Source of the DNA: an uncultured Eubacterium sp.
Lineage (GTDB): Bacteria; Bacillota; Clostridia; Lachnospirales; Lachnospiraceae
Assembly (NCBI GenBank): GCA_945910225.1
Contig: CAMDYG010000009.1
Location: 35-64,034, forward strand
Length of the DNA stretch: 64,000 bases
Direction: 5' to 3'
A program made the position numbers and the translations under genes. Positions 1 to 8,915 of this stretch are shown here, piece by piece. Under the pieces are notes generated by a model. The model was not told where the DNA came from. It did not search any database and saw only the letters and a list, made by a program, of their open reading frames with translations. Position 1 is the first letter of the stretch, and every line of letters begins with the position of its first letter.

Positions 1-47
1 TAACAAAAGGGGTTCACTTCAGTCTAGGCGGCTTTTATATATAAGAC

Positions 48-1466
48 CTACTCAATCTCTTTTTTCTTAATTCTTTCAAGATAATCTTTAGTTTCCTTAG
101 CAACCACACCATTTAAAGCGACAAGTGCGATAAGGTTAGGAATTGCCATCAGACCATTAAAGATATCTGCGATTGTCCATACTGCAGATACTGTCATGTA
201 AGGACCAATGAATACACAGAGGATATATAACCATCTGTATGCTTTGATACATTTCTTCTTGCCATTAGTAAGATATTCAAGGCAGCGTTCAGAGTAATAA
301 TCCCAGCCGAGAATAGTTGTAAATGCGAAGAATACAAGGCATAACATAAGTATAAATGAAGCAACTCCGTCAGGGAAAGGAAGTCCTAACTGGAATGCTT
401 TAGTTGTAACTGCTACACCTTCAAGTCCCATATCATAAGCACCTGTAACAACAATTGCAATACCTGTAATTGAACAGATGATGATAGTATCGATAAATGT
501 ACCTGTCATAGATACAAGACCCTGACGGACAGGTTCATTAGTACGGGCAGCAGCAGCAGCGATAGGTGCACTACCAAGACCAGCTTCGTTAGAGAAGATA
601 CCTCTTGCGATACCCTTCTGCATAGCTACAATCATGGCACCAAGAGCACCACCTGCAGCAGCCTTAACACCAAATGCACTCTGTACAATGGTAAGGAGAG
701 CAGCAGGAACATCAGTAATATTAAATATAATAATAAGAATTCCGGCAATAAAATATGTTGCAGCCATAAAAGGAACAACAACCTGTGCAACTTTGGAAAT
801 TCTCTTGATTCCACCAATAAGAACAAGGGCAACACAGAATGTAAGAATAAGACAGCTTATAACTACAGTCCATGAATATGTTCTGCCAAATAATGAAACA
901 GTCCATGAATTATTAGGATCAAAGAAATTATTAACAGCAGAAGAAATACCATTTACCTGTGTAAATGTACCGATTCCCAAAAGACCAACGCCAACACCGA
1001 AGAAAGCGAATATCTTTGCAAGCCATTTCCACTTAGGTCCCATACCATGTTCAATATAATTGAAAGGACCACCAACAACATGGCCATCTTCATCAACCTG
1101 TCTGAACTTTACAGCTAAGAGACATTCTGAATATTTGGTGGCAGTACCAACTAAGGCTGCGAGCCACATCCAGAACAATGCGCCAGGACCACCGGCAACA
1201 ATAGCAGTAGCAACACCGACAATATTACCAGTACCGATTGTTGCTGAAAGCGCTGTACATAATGCTGCAAAGCTGCTTACTTCACCATGCTTGCCATCAG
1301 TTTCATCTTTGAAAATGTACTTAAAAGCACGACCGAGATTGGTAAACTGGACACCCTTAAGTCTGATAGTAAGAAACAGACCAACTGCAAGGATAAGAAC
1401 AATGAGAGGGATGCCCCAGACATATGCGTCAATAGTATCGAGAATAGTATTGATTTTACTAAACAT
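48..1466 (-). CDS. Sodium:alanine/glycine symporter (AGCS family)
   Basis: 472 aa, highly hydrophobic. AGCS motifs ATIGTGNIVGVA, GGPGALFWMW and RGIFSNEAGLGS. RBS AAGGAG upstream. Confidence 0.93.
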   Translation of the reverse strand: MFSKINTILDTIDAYVWGIPLIVLILAVGLFLTIRLKGVQFTNLGRAFKYIFKDETDGKHGEVSSFAALCTALSATIGTGNIVGVATAIVAGGPGALFWMWLAALVGTATKYSECLLAVKFRQVDEDGHVVGGPFNYIEHGMGPKWKWLAKIFAFFGVGVGLLGIGTFTQVNGISSAVNNFFDPNNSWTVSLFGRTYSWTVVISCLILTFCVALVLIGGIKRISKVAQVVVPFMAATYFIAGILIIIFNITDVPAALLTIVQSAFGVKAAAGGALGAMIVAMQKGIARGIFSNEAGLGSAPIAAAAARTNEPVRQGLVSMTGTFIDTIIICSITGIAIVVTGAYDMGLEGVAVTTKAFQLGLPFPDGVASFILMLCLVFFAFTTILGWDYYSERCLEYLTNGKKKCIKAYRWLYILCVFIGPYMTVSAVWTIADIFNGLMAIPNLIALVALNGVVAKETKDYLERIKKKEIE

Positions 1467-1502
1467 ATTGTATACTCTCCTTTTTAAAAAAAATTAAGAC
1501 AA

Positions 1503-1531
1503 ATTCTACCATAAAATCACATACTTTTCAA
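1503..1531 (-). promoter_or_regulatory. Sigma70/SigA-type promoter of the symporter
   Basis: Minus strand reads TTGAAA-17 bp-TAGAAT with a TG extension. Confidence 0.6.
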
Positions 1532-1583
1532 TTAAATACAAGTATTTCCTAATATTATAAACATTTTTGTGAAATGTTGCTTA

Positions 1584-1612
1584 TTGACAAAAAGTTAGCA
1601 ATTATATATTAT
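1584..1612 (+). promoter_or_regulatory. SigA-type promoter for the fhs leader
   Basis: TTGACA (1584-1589)-17 bp-TATTAT (1607-1612). Confidence 0.7.
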
Positions 1613-1674
1613 GATTGAAAAATAAAGGCGTTTTGCAGACATGGCAAGACGCTTTTTTCCTATTAAGGGAATGT

Positions 1675-1872
1675 CCGGATGATATGACCGGGAGAGACTA
1701 CGAAAGTGGCGCCGAAGGTGATTGCAGAAACTCTCAGGCAAAAGGACCGGTTATGGACGGAACTCTGGAGAGCTGTGTGGATACAGCACCGAAGAAGCAA
1801 TTTCTAAGCAGAGGGATGAGAAATATAGAGACTTATTTGCTTGGGGAGAATCTTTCAGGTTTTTAACAGAGG
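1675..1872 (+). ncRNA. Tandem glycine riboswitch (two aptamers)
   Basis: Aptamer 1: GGAGAGAC...CGCCGAAGG...CTCTCAGGCAAAAGGACC, with P1 ATGACCGG/CCGGTTAT. Aptamer 2: CTCTGGAGAGC...CACCGAAGAAGCAA...CTTTCAGGT...CAGAG. Kink-turn-type leader GGATGA and linker GGACGGAA. Confidence 0.9.
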
Positions 1873-1900
1873 CATATGTGCCTGAAAGGAGAAGAACAGA

Positions 1901-3571
1901 ATGAAGACAGATATTGAAATTGCACAGGAAGCGGTAATGGAGCCAATTAAGAATGTTGCAGCCCAATGTGGCATAAGTGAAGATGATCTTGAGTTATATG
2001 GAAAGTATAAGGCTAAGATATCTGACGAGTACATCAATAGCATCAAGAATAATGAAGATGGTAAGTTAATTCTTGTTACAGCGATTAACCCAACTCCGGC
2101 AGGAGAGGGAAAGACAACAATTACTGTAGGACTTGGAGAAGCATTTGGCAAGCTTGGTAAGAATGCAGTTATAGCACTTCGTGAGCCATCCCTTGGACCA
2201 TGTTTCGGAATCAAAGGCGGAGCAGCTGGTGGTGGATATGCACAGGTAGTTCCTATGGAAGAACTGAATCTGCATTTTACAGGTGATTTCCATGCAATTA
2301 CATCAGCTAATAACTTATGTGCTGCACTGCTTGATAATCATATACAGCAGGGAAATGAACTTGGAATTGATCCAAGATGCGTTGCATGGAAGAGATGTAT
2401 GGATATGAATGACCGTGTCCTTAGAAATATTGTTGTAGGTCTTGGTTCTAAGGTTGATGGAACAGTTAGAGAGGATCATTTTGTTATCACAGTTGCTTCA
2501 GAGATTATGGCTGTATTATGTCTTGCAACAGACATGAAGGATTTAAAGGAAAGACTTGGCAAGATGGTAGTTGCTTATAATTATCAGGGACAACCTGTTA
2601 CAGCAGCAGATATCAAGGCAGTTGGCTCAATGGCAGCATTGTTAAAGGACGCATTAAAGCCTAATTTAATCCAGACACTTGAGCATACACCAGCATTAGT
2701 ACATGGTGGACCATTTGCCAATATTGCACATGGTTGTAACTCAGTAAGAGCAACTAAGACAGCGCTTAAGATGGCAGATTATGTTATCACAGAGGCTGGA
2801 TTTGGTGCAGATTTAGGCGCAGAAAAATTCTTCGACATTAAGTGCCGCAAGTCAGGCTTAAAGCCAGATGCAGTTGTACTGGTAGCAACAGCAAGAGCAC
2901 TTAAGTACAATGGCGGAGTAGCTAAGACAGAATTATCAGCAGAGAATCTTGATGCATTAAAGAAAGGTATCGTAAACCTTGAAAAGCATATAGAGAATCT
3001 TCAGAAATATGGAGTACCTGTAGTTGTTACGCTTAATGCATTTGTATCAGATACACAGGCAGAATTAGATTATATACAGAAGTTCTGTGAAGATAAAGGC
3101 TGTGAGTTTGCCCTTGCCAAAGTATGGGAAAAGGGTGGAGAAGGTGGAATTGAACTTGCAGAGAAAGTACTTAAGACACTTGAGACAAAGAAGAGCAATT
3201 TCCACTATCTGTATGATACAGACCAGCCGGTTAAAGCAAAGATTGAGACTATTGCCAAAGAAATATATGGCGCTGGAAGCGTTAATTATTCAGCAGCAGC
3301 TAACAAGCAGATTGCACAGCTTGAACAGTTAGGATTTGGTAATCTTCCAATCTGCATGGCTAAGACACAGTATTCACTTTCAGACGATCCAACATTACTT
3401 GGTCGTCCAGAAGGATTTGAAATGAATGTAAGAGAAGCATATGTATCTGCAGGTGCCGGCTTCATAGTAGTACTTACAGGTTCAGTAATGACAATGCCAG
3501 GACTTTCAAGGTCACCAGCAGCATATAATATTGATGTTAATGATGATGGAGTAATAACTGGATTATTCTAG
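1901..3571 (+). CDS. fhs: Formate--tetrahydrofolate ligase
   Basis: 556 aa. [46 protein letters not shown] and a C-terminal GLF. Confidence 0.98.
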   Translation: MKTDIEIAQEAVMEPIKNVAAQCGISEDDLELYGKYKAKISDEYINSIKNNEDGKLILVTAINPTPAGEGKTTITVGLGEAFGKLGKNAVIALREPSLGPCFGIKGGAAGGGYAQVVPMEELNLHFTGDFHAITSANNLCAALLDNHIQQGNELGIDPRCVAWKRCMDMNDRVLRNIVVGLGSKVDGTVREDHFVITVASEIMAVLCLATDMKDLKERLGKMVVAYNYQGQPVTAADIKAVGSMAALLKDALKPNLIQTLEHTPALVHGGPFANIAHGCNSVRATKTALKMADYVITEAGFGADLGAEKFFDIKCRKSGLKPDAVVLVATARALKYNGGVAKTELSAENLDALKKGIVNLEKHIENLQKYGVPVVVTLNAFVSDTQAELDYIQKFCEDKGCEFALAKVWEKGGEGGIELAEKVLKTLETKKSNFHYLYDTDQPVKAKIETIAKEIYGAGSVNYSAAANKQIAQLEQLGFGNLPICMAKTQYSLSDDPTLLGRPEGFEMNVREAYVSAGAGFIVVLTGSVMTMPGLSRSPAAYNIDVNDDGVITGLF

Positions 3572-3840
3572 AAAAGGCTTCCGTGAGTGGGAGGCAGGTG
3601 ATTTGTGTAGTGAGGTATCCTATGGGAAACTGTACTGCATAATAATAAGCATTGAGCGATTAGGTAATGACACCATCCGTGGAGTGTGTACGCTGGTGTT
3701 ATCTTTTGGCTCAATGCTTTTTTATTATGCGTACAGTTTATGGTCGGAATACCGCTATGTTGCAGCAGTGTAACTGGAATATGTAGCGATGTATTACAGT
3801 TACAAGAACACTGATTGCGACCGAAGTATGACAGTATAGC
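3572..3840. repeat. Structured palindromic intergenic repeat, related to the element at 47160-47720
   Basis: Long hairpin 3627-3739 with arms GCATAATAATAAGCATTGAGC / GCTCAATGCTTTTTTATTATGC. The same arms recur at 47184-47204 and 47307-47326. Confidence 0.75.
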
Positions 3841-3880
3841 AATTATCATAGAAATAATAAGCTCAAGATAGTGTTACAAA

Positions 3881-3925
3881 AATAAGCGGCTGTAGATCCA
3901 TTGATTTTGGAAACAGCCGCTTATT
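3881..3925. terminator. Probable bidirectional intrinsic terminator
   Basis: 13-bp inverted repeat AATAAGCGGCTGT/ACAGCCGCTTATT between the converging fhs and XRE genes. Confidence 0.65.
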
Positions 3926-4140
3926 GCTTGAAGAATTCATTGTAATCGCACTTGAAGATTTTGGTAAGTGCAATCAACATATCTACAGTTGGATTATTAT
4001 ATCCGTGTTCCACTTTACTGAATATGCCCGTTGTGACATTGACATTTTCACATTGAAGTTTGGCAATAACTTCAGTAGCTTTCATATTACGTTCCTTGCG
4101 AAGCCTTTTTATATTAGTTCCGATTAGTACGTTTTTTTGC
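3921..4140 (-). CDS. XRE-family helix-turn-helix protein, start uncertain (possible pseudogene); not in the ORF track
   Basis: Manual translation: ...KNVLIGTNIKRLRKERNMKATEVIAKLQCENVNVTTGIFSKVEHGYNNPTVDMLIALTKIFKCDYNEFFKQ*. This fits the HTH_3 pattern IG.NI..LR..R.....E.A......SK.E.G...P....L..L...F. The only in-frame ATG (4085) lies inside the domain. Confidence 0.7.
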
Positions 4141-4424
4141 GTGTCAGTTGCAAAAGGAGAATCATTAGAATTGGAATTGTGAGATGGAAAGCGTACTAAA
4201 GCAAGAGAAGAAAGCAGATTAGTATGTAATTATGTTAGTTAAGAGCAGGAGCGGAAGAAAAGGGCAGAATAAAGGCATACTAGATGAGGAGTTTATATGT
4301 GTTTAGGTTATAGCCATATAGTTGAACCTTACCATAGGCTTGTCCCAGGACTTACACCTCCCCCAAAACTTCCCAATGACTTACCTGGTGAGGAATTGTA
4401 AACTGCAGACAATGAAAAAGAAAA

Positions 4425-4448
4425 GTCCAGCCGTATACACGGCTGGAC
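4425..4448 (-). terminator. Intrinsic terminator of the yhgE operon
   Basis: Perfect stem GTCCAGCCGT/ACGGCTGGAC followed on the minus strand by TTTTCTTTTT. Confidence 0.85.
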
Positions 4449-4478
4449 GAATTTATAGGGTGGGGAACACTCGCGCTT

Positions 4479-6224
4479 TTACAGCATAACCCCTGACTTC
4501 TCCTTGCTTCTCTCAATCATATGATTCAACTTCTCAAATGGCTTCTGTAAGAACAAGCCAATAATAAGTGAAACAACTATATATATTGAAAGAAATGCAA
4601 GGTTTTTAATGTAATCGTATCTGTACATTCCTGCAATACATTCTCTTAAAGCATCCATAGAATATGGGAAGAGCAGGAACTTGTATATTATCTGGTAAGC
4701 ATTAGGAAGTACTTCTATAGGGAAAGTACCGCCCGAACCAGCAACCTGGATAACCAGGAGAACGATACCAAGAGCTTCACCAATATTACCAAATGCTACA
4801 GTCAGACTGTACATAAAGAAAGTAAATACAAAACTCGAAAAAGCACAGGCAAGCCAGTACAGGAACGGATGGTAACACTGGATTCCGATATAGAATAGAT
4901 TGCCAAGTGTAATAAGCAGAGCCTGAAGCTGTCCTACTGCAAAGAAGATGAAGTATCTTCCAAAGAATTTCTCATATCTTCTGGCATTCTCAGGAATGTC
5001 AGGAGCCGGGTGAACCGGTGTATGCATAATAGCTACAAGAATAAGTCCTCCAAACCATAATGCAAGAATAGTGTAGAATGGAGATGCTGATGTACCATAG
5101 CTTTTAACTGCATATACCTGTTCGGTGGTAATGTTAACAGGTGCAGAAAGAAAATCTCCTAAAGTATCAGCATTGGCATTCAGTATTTCAGAAAGAAGAC
5201 CATAAGTATCCTGTTCAGATATAGTATTCAGAGTGTCTATAGAATTATCAAGCTTTGTCTCAAGGTCAGCAAGAAGCTCTTTAGTCTGGTTAAGAGAGCC
5301 GGAAGTCATGCTGATAGCACTGGAAAGATCAGCAGCATCCCTGTTCATATCCGAATAAAGTTCTGTAAGTGAATTCATTATGCTCTGAATCTGTGCCATC
5401 TGGGAAGAAAGAGCAGAAGATAATTCATTCAGCGATTCTACAGAATTGGTGTCAACAAGAGCCTGTAACGTAAGCAGCTGCTGTTGCTGAAGCTGTAGCT
5501 GTGTATATATCTGCGGTGTAGCACTGCTGGAGCTACCACTTATTGATGATGATAAATCAGTTATCGCAATCATCGAATTAAGGATAATATCATAAGTTGA
5601 AAGTGTAGTTCTTGCAGATACAAGTCTTTCCGTAATGGCATCCATTAAAGAACCATTTTCTTTGTCAGCATCTTTAATAGCAGAATCACCTGTGTCAGCT
5701 ATAGTTGTAACAATTGTATCGATAAATGTCTGGTTAACCTGCTGCTGGACGGCTGTTTTAGCTTTATCAGTAATCTTAGGCGCAATAGCATTGGCCTTCT
5801 GGTTGCAATAATACTGAAGCTGTGGATGTTCCATAGTATCACTCAGAAAACTGATAAGATTTTTAGAAAAATCTTCTGGAACAACAAGAGCTGCATAATA
5901 TTCTCCACTATATACACCTGCAATGGCGGCATCTTTTGAATCGACAAACTGCCATCCAATCGTATCATTAGTTTCGAGGGCATCAATAATTGAATCACCA
6001 ACATTTAATTCCATACCTTCAAGAGCAGTACCTTTGTCTACAGATACTACAGCCACTTTTATTCTGCTGGTAGATGCCTGACCATAAGGATCCCAGTTTG
6101 ACAGAATATTAAACCATGAATAAAGAGCAGGAATAACCGTGAGTCCGATAATTACACACAATGCAATAACATTATTTTTTATATGGCTAAGGTCAGCCTT
6201 AATGATTTTAAAAATATTTTTCAT
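4479..6224 (-). CDS. YhgE/Pip family membrane protein (EsaA/ABC-2-like)
   Basis: N-terminal PALYSWFNILSNWDPY motif, coiled-coil middle region, and C-terminal multi-TM domain with YG...PFYT.LALW and QVAGSGGTFPIE. Confidence 0.92.
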   Translation of the reverse strand: MKNIFKIIKADLSHIKNNVIALCVIIGLTVIPALYSWFNILSNWDPYGQASTSRIKVAVVSVDKGTALEGMELNVGDSIIDALETNDTIGWQFVDSKDAAIAGVYSGEYYAALVVPEDFSKNLISFLSDTMEHPQLQYYCNQKANAIAPKITDKAKTAVQQQVNQTFIDTIVTTIADTGDSAIKDADKENGSLMDAITERLVSARTTLSTYDIILNSMIAITDLSSSISGSSSSATPQIYTQLQLQQQQLLTLQALVDTNSVESLNELSSALSSQMAQIQSIMNSLTELYSDMNRDAADLSSAISMTSGSLNQTKELLADLETKLDNSIDTLNTISEQDTYGLLSEILNANADTLGDFLSAPVNITTEQVYAVKSYGTSASPFYTILALWFGGLILVAIMHTPVHPAPDIPENARRYEKFFGRYFIFFAVGQLQALLITLGNLFYIGIQCYHPFLYWLACAFSSFVFTFFMYSLTVAFGNIGEALGIVLLVIQVAGSGGTFPIEVLPNAYQIIYKFLLFPYSMDALRECIAGMYRYDYIKNLAFLSIYIVVSLIIGLFLQKPFEKLNHMIERSKEKSGVML

Positions 6225-6598
6225 AACTGTACCTCACTTAAAAACGCTTTGATATTTTCTGCAAGAGAATCATCAGCCTGTTTTTCCTGAATTTCAATAT
6301 TCAGGTCATTGAGCTTTCTTGTAAGCTTATCATCTATATAATCAATTACTATAAGATATGCGCAGAAGATAAACAAAGATATAACCCATAAAAGCAGGTA
6401 TACTACTTTAGCTGTATCCATTGTAAACATGAGTACCATAAATACCAGAGGGATTATCATCATGCATCTTAAACATATTTTCTTTTTATGCTGGTTCTTG
6501 ACATGCATGCCTTCTGCAAATGCGGTTATTTCTTCGAGTATTACATCAATATCAACATTATTGTGACTATTATCTTTTATCTCATCTTCGTTAGACAT
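6221..6598 (-). CDS. Small two-TM membrane protein, translationally coupled to the downstream yhgE
   Basis: RBS GGAGG before MSNED. Two hydrophobic helices. Stop overlaps the next start (ATGA). Confidence 0.75.
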   Translation of the reverse strand: MSNEDEIKDNSHNNVDIDVILEEITAFAEGMHVKNQHKKKICLRCMMIIPLVFMVLMFTMDTAKVVYLLLWVISLFIFCAYLIVIDYIDDKLTRKLNDLNIEIQEKQADDSLAENIKAFLSEVQL

Positions 6599-6648
6599 AG
6601 TAACCTCCATTAGCTTCTATATTATTAAAGAGTTCATTGTTATGCATG

Positions 6649-8796
6649 TTACATAAAATGTGTTTCCTTCATTCTTCTTTCAAAGAACTCACGGACCTCA
6701 AGCAGGGATTTTCTTATTCCTAGTCCGAGAATAAGAGAAATGACTGCGTAAATGCATAATTTTACAAGGAATACAGCATAATCACACTGATATAATCCGC
6801 TTATAGCCTCACGCATAGCATTGATAGCATATGGGAAAGGGAAGTACAGATAAACGTTCTGGAAGAACTCTGGTAAAAGTTCAATTGGGTATGTTCCACC
6901 GGAACCAGCAATCTGAAGCACAATCATTACAACGGCAATAGCTTTTCCAAGGTCACCAAATGTAAGTACAAGGGTATAAATAAACAATGTAAAAACAAAA
7001 CTTGCAATTGCTGCAGCAAGCCATAGCATAAATGGATGTGTGCAGTCAATCTTTAATATGTATAAATCACCAAGTACAACAACGAGAGCCTGTAATTGTC
7101 CCATAGCAAGGAATAGTAAGGCGCGTCCAAAGTACTTCTGGTGTTCTGTTGCATCCTTAAATTCGTCATCATCATAGTCGACTTTTACTTTCATAAGGGC
7201 AACAAGTACAATTCCCCCAACCCACAAAGCCAGGGTAGTATAGAAAGGAGTCACGCTTGTTCCATAATTAGTCTGCATATATACATAGATTTCTTCGACC
7301 TGTACAGGTTCAGATAAGAAGGATGCAATAGAATCAGCATCAGAGTTAATGAAATCCATAACCAGCTTGTATGTTGATGAATTGCTGATATCGCCTACAG
7401 AACCAGATATAACAGATAATCTGTTGCTGAGGGAATCTAATAATGTCTTGGTGCTTTCAAGTGTAGTATTAACATTAACTGTTATGTCACTTACGCCCAG
7501 AAGCATCTGTGAAATACCGTTGATACTATTTCCTGCGCTGCTTATGCTTGCTGCAAGACTAGTGACGGCATTCTTGACAGAGGTTTTTAAAAGGCTGACA
7601 TTAGTTTTAGCGGTTGTCTGGATAATAGCCTGACTCTTTAATAATTCAGCACGGCACTGATCAAGAACAGATTTGACTACTTCATATCTGCCCTGAAGAG
7701 TCTCAGGTGAATTGGTAAGTGTATCAGCACACTGCTTTACCAGATTGTAAGCAATATTCTCCATGGCATTAACAGATGAAAGAGTTGATTTCAGAGCCTG
7801 GATTACGGCTGGGTCAACCCCCTGGATGTTACCAAGAGAATCAATGGTATCTTCAAGAGTTTTGTTCTGGTCGATAAGTTCTTTAAGCTTTTCATTGGCA
7901 TTATTAAGCTCAACACCAGCCTGTCCTACATCACTGATTGATAATTTAATAGCGTTATCAAGTGACTGCATTGCACTGTCTGACAAATCATTCATGGCCT
8001 TCAGCTCAGCATCAATCTTATTCATAATATCATCAGTTACATTATCAAGAGTGCTGTTGGCAATATCTGCAACATCTGTTGATTCAGAAAGAACATTCTG
8101 GATTTCTGGAAGAATTGCCTCAAGTGATGAAAGACTTTCAGAAAGATTAGAATTGCTCTTTATAAACATATTTATCATGGTGTCATATGAATTGACGTTA
8201 TCAGAGACACTTTTCAGATCTGCAATAGTTTTTTCAATGATTTCAGGGTCATTTTCAGCAATTTCATTAAGTCCCTGCATTATTGTTTTCACACATACGT
8301 CAATGAATTCAGAATTAATGGTGTTTTGAAGAGTGCTTTTGCCGGTATCAGTTATTTTGGATGCAACAGCATTCTTCTTGGAATTCTCATAGTAAGTTAC
8401 GGTAGGAGGATTAAGCCCGTTATCAAGGAAATCATACAGGCTGCGGGAAAAATCTTCTCCAACAACAATTACTGCATAATATTTTCCTGCATACAGCTTG
8501 TCCATTGCTTCCTGCCTGGTTTCCGGGAATCTCCATCCAAGCTTGTCATTAGAATGAAGCTGTTCAACAATCTGTTCACCCATATTAATTGTTGAATCAT
8601 CAGATTGCGAATATCCCTCATCTTCTGAAACAATAGCAATTTTAACGGATGCAGTGTTTGCGTAAGGATCCCAGTTAGAATATATGTTAAACCATGCATA
8701 GAGTGATGGGATAAGACATAATCCAAGAGCAATGGTTAATGCCAGAATGTTACGGCTAAGACCCTTTAAATCTCTTTTGAAAATCTTAAAAATCAT
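6649..8796 (-). CDS. YhgE/Pip family membrane protein (EsaA/ABC-2-like)
   Basis: PSLYAWFNIYSNWDPY, a long helical region and QIAGSGGTYPIE. Paralog of 4479-6224. Confidence 0.92.
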   Translation of the reverse strand: MIFKIFKRDLKGLSRNILALTIALGLCLIPSLYAWFNIYSNWDPYANTASVKIAIVSEDEGYSQSDDSTINMGEQIVEQLHSNDKLGWRFPETRQEAMDKLYAGKYYAVIVVGEDFSRSLYDFLDNGLNPPTVTYYENSKKNAVASKITDTGKSTLQNTINSEFIDVCVKTIMQGLNEIAENDPEIIEKTIADLKSVSDNVNSYDTMINMFIKSNSNLSESLSSLEAILPEIQNVLSESTDVADIANSTLDNVTDDIMNKIDAELKAMNDLSDSAMQSLDNAIKLSISDVGQAGVELNNANEKLKELIDQNKTLEDTIDSLGNIQGVDPAVIQALKSTLSSVNAMENIAYNLVKQCADTLTNSPETLQGRYEVVKSVLDQCRAELLKSQAIIQTTAKTNVSLLKTSVKNAVTSLAASISSAGNSINGISQMLLGVSDITVNVNTTLESTKTLLDSLSNRLSVISGSVGDISNSSTYKLVMDFINSDADSIASFLSEPVQVEEIYVYMQTNYGTSVTPFYTTLALWVGGIVLVALMKVKVDYDDDEFKDATEHQKYFGRALLFLAMGQLQALVVVLGDLYILKIDCTHPFMLWLAAAIASFVFTLFIYTLVLTFGDLGKAIAVVMIVLQIAGSGGTYPIELLPEFFQNVYLYFPFPYAINAMREAISGLYQCDYAVFLVKLCIYAVISLILGLGIRKSLLEVREFFERRMKETHFM

Positions 8797-8915
8797 AGTA
8801 TTCCTCTATTCTATATTTTCGTTTTAATGTCATATGTATTTTACTTAAGAAAATGGGGAAAATCAATAGAGAGAACAGTGTTTAGAGATATTTAATAGAA
8901 AGAGGGATTTTTGGA

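Noticed and set aside
1620-1900. ZMP/ZTP or THF riboswitch, as often found before fhs
   Set aside because: Their conserved motifs were not found. The sequence matches the glycine aptamer pattern twice.
1615-1904. ORFs 1615..1866 and 1722..1904
   Set aside because: They overlap the glycine riboswitch, have no RBS or recognisable domain, and are chance frames in structured RNA.
3568-4127. ORFs 3568..3849 (-) and 3924..4127 (+)
   Set aside because: The first spans the palindromic repeat. The second is antisense to the XRE-like frame, which has the recognisable domain.
4200-4420. Strand-biased purine/pyrimidine tracts and a GACTTAC repeat, considered as an ncRNA or oriT
   Set aside because: No convincing base-paired structure and no match to nic-site motifs I know. 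Not supportable from the sequence alone.
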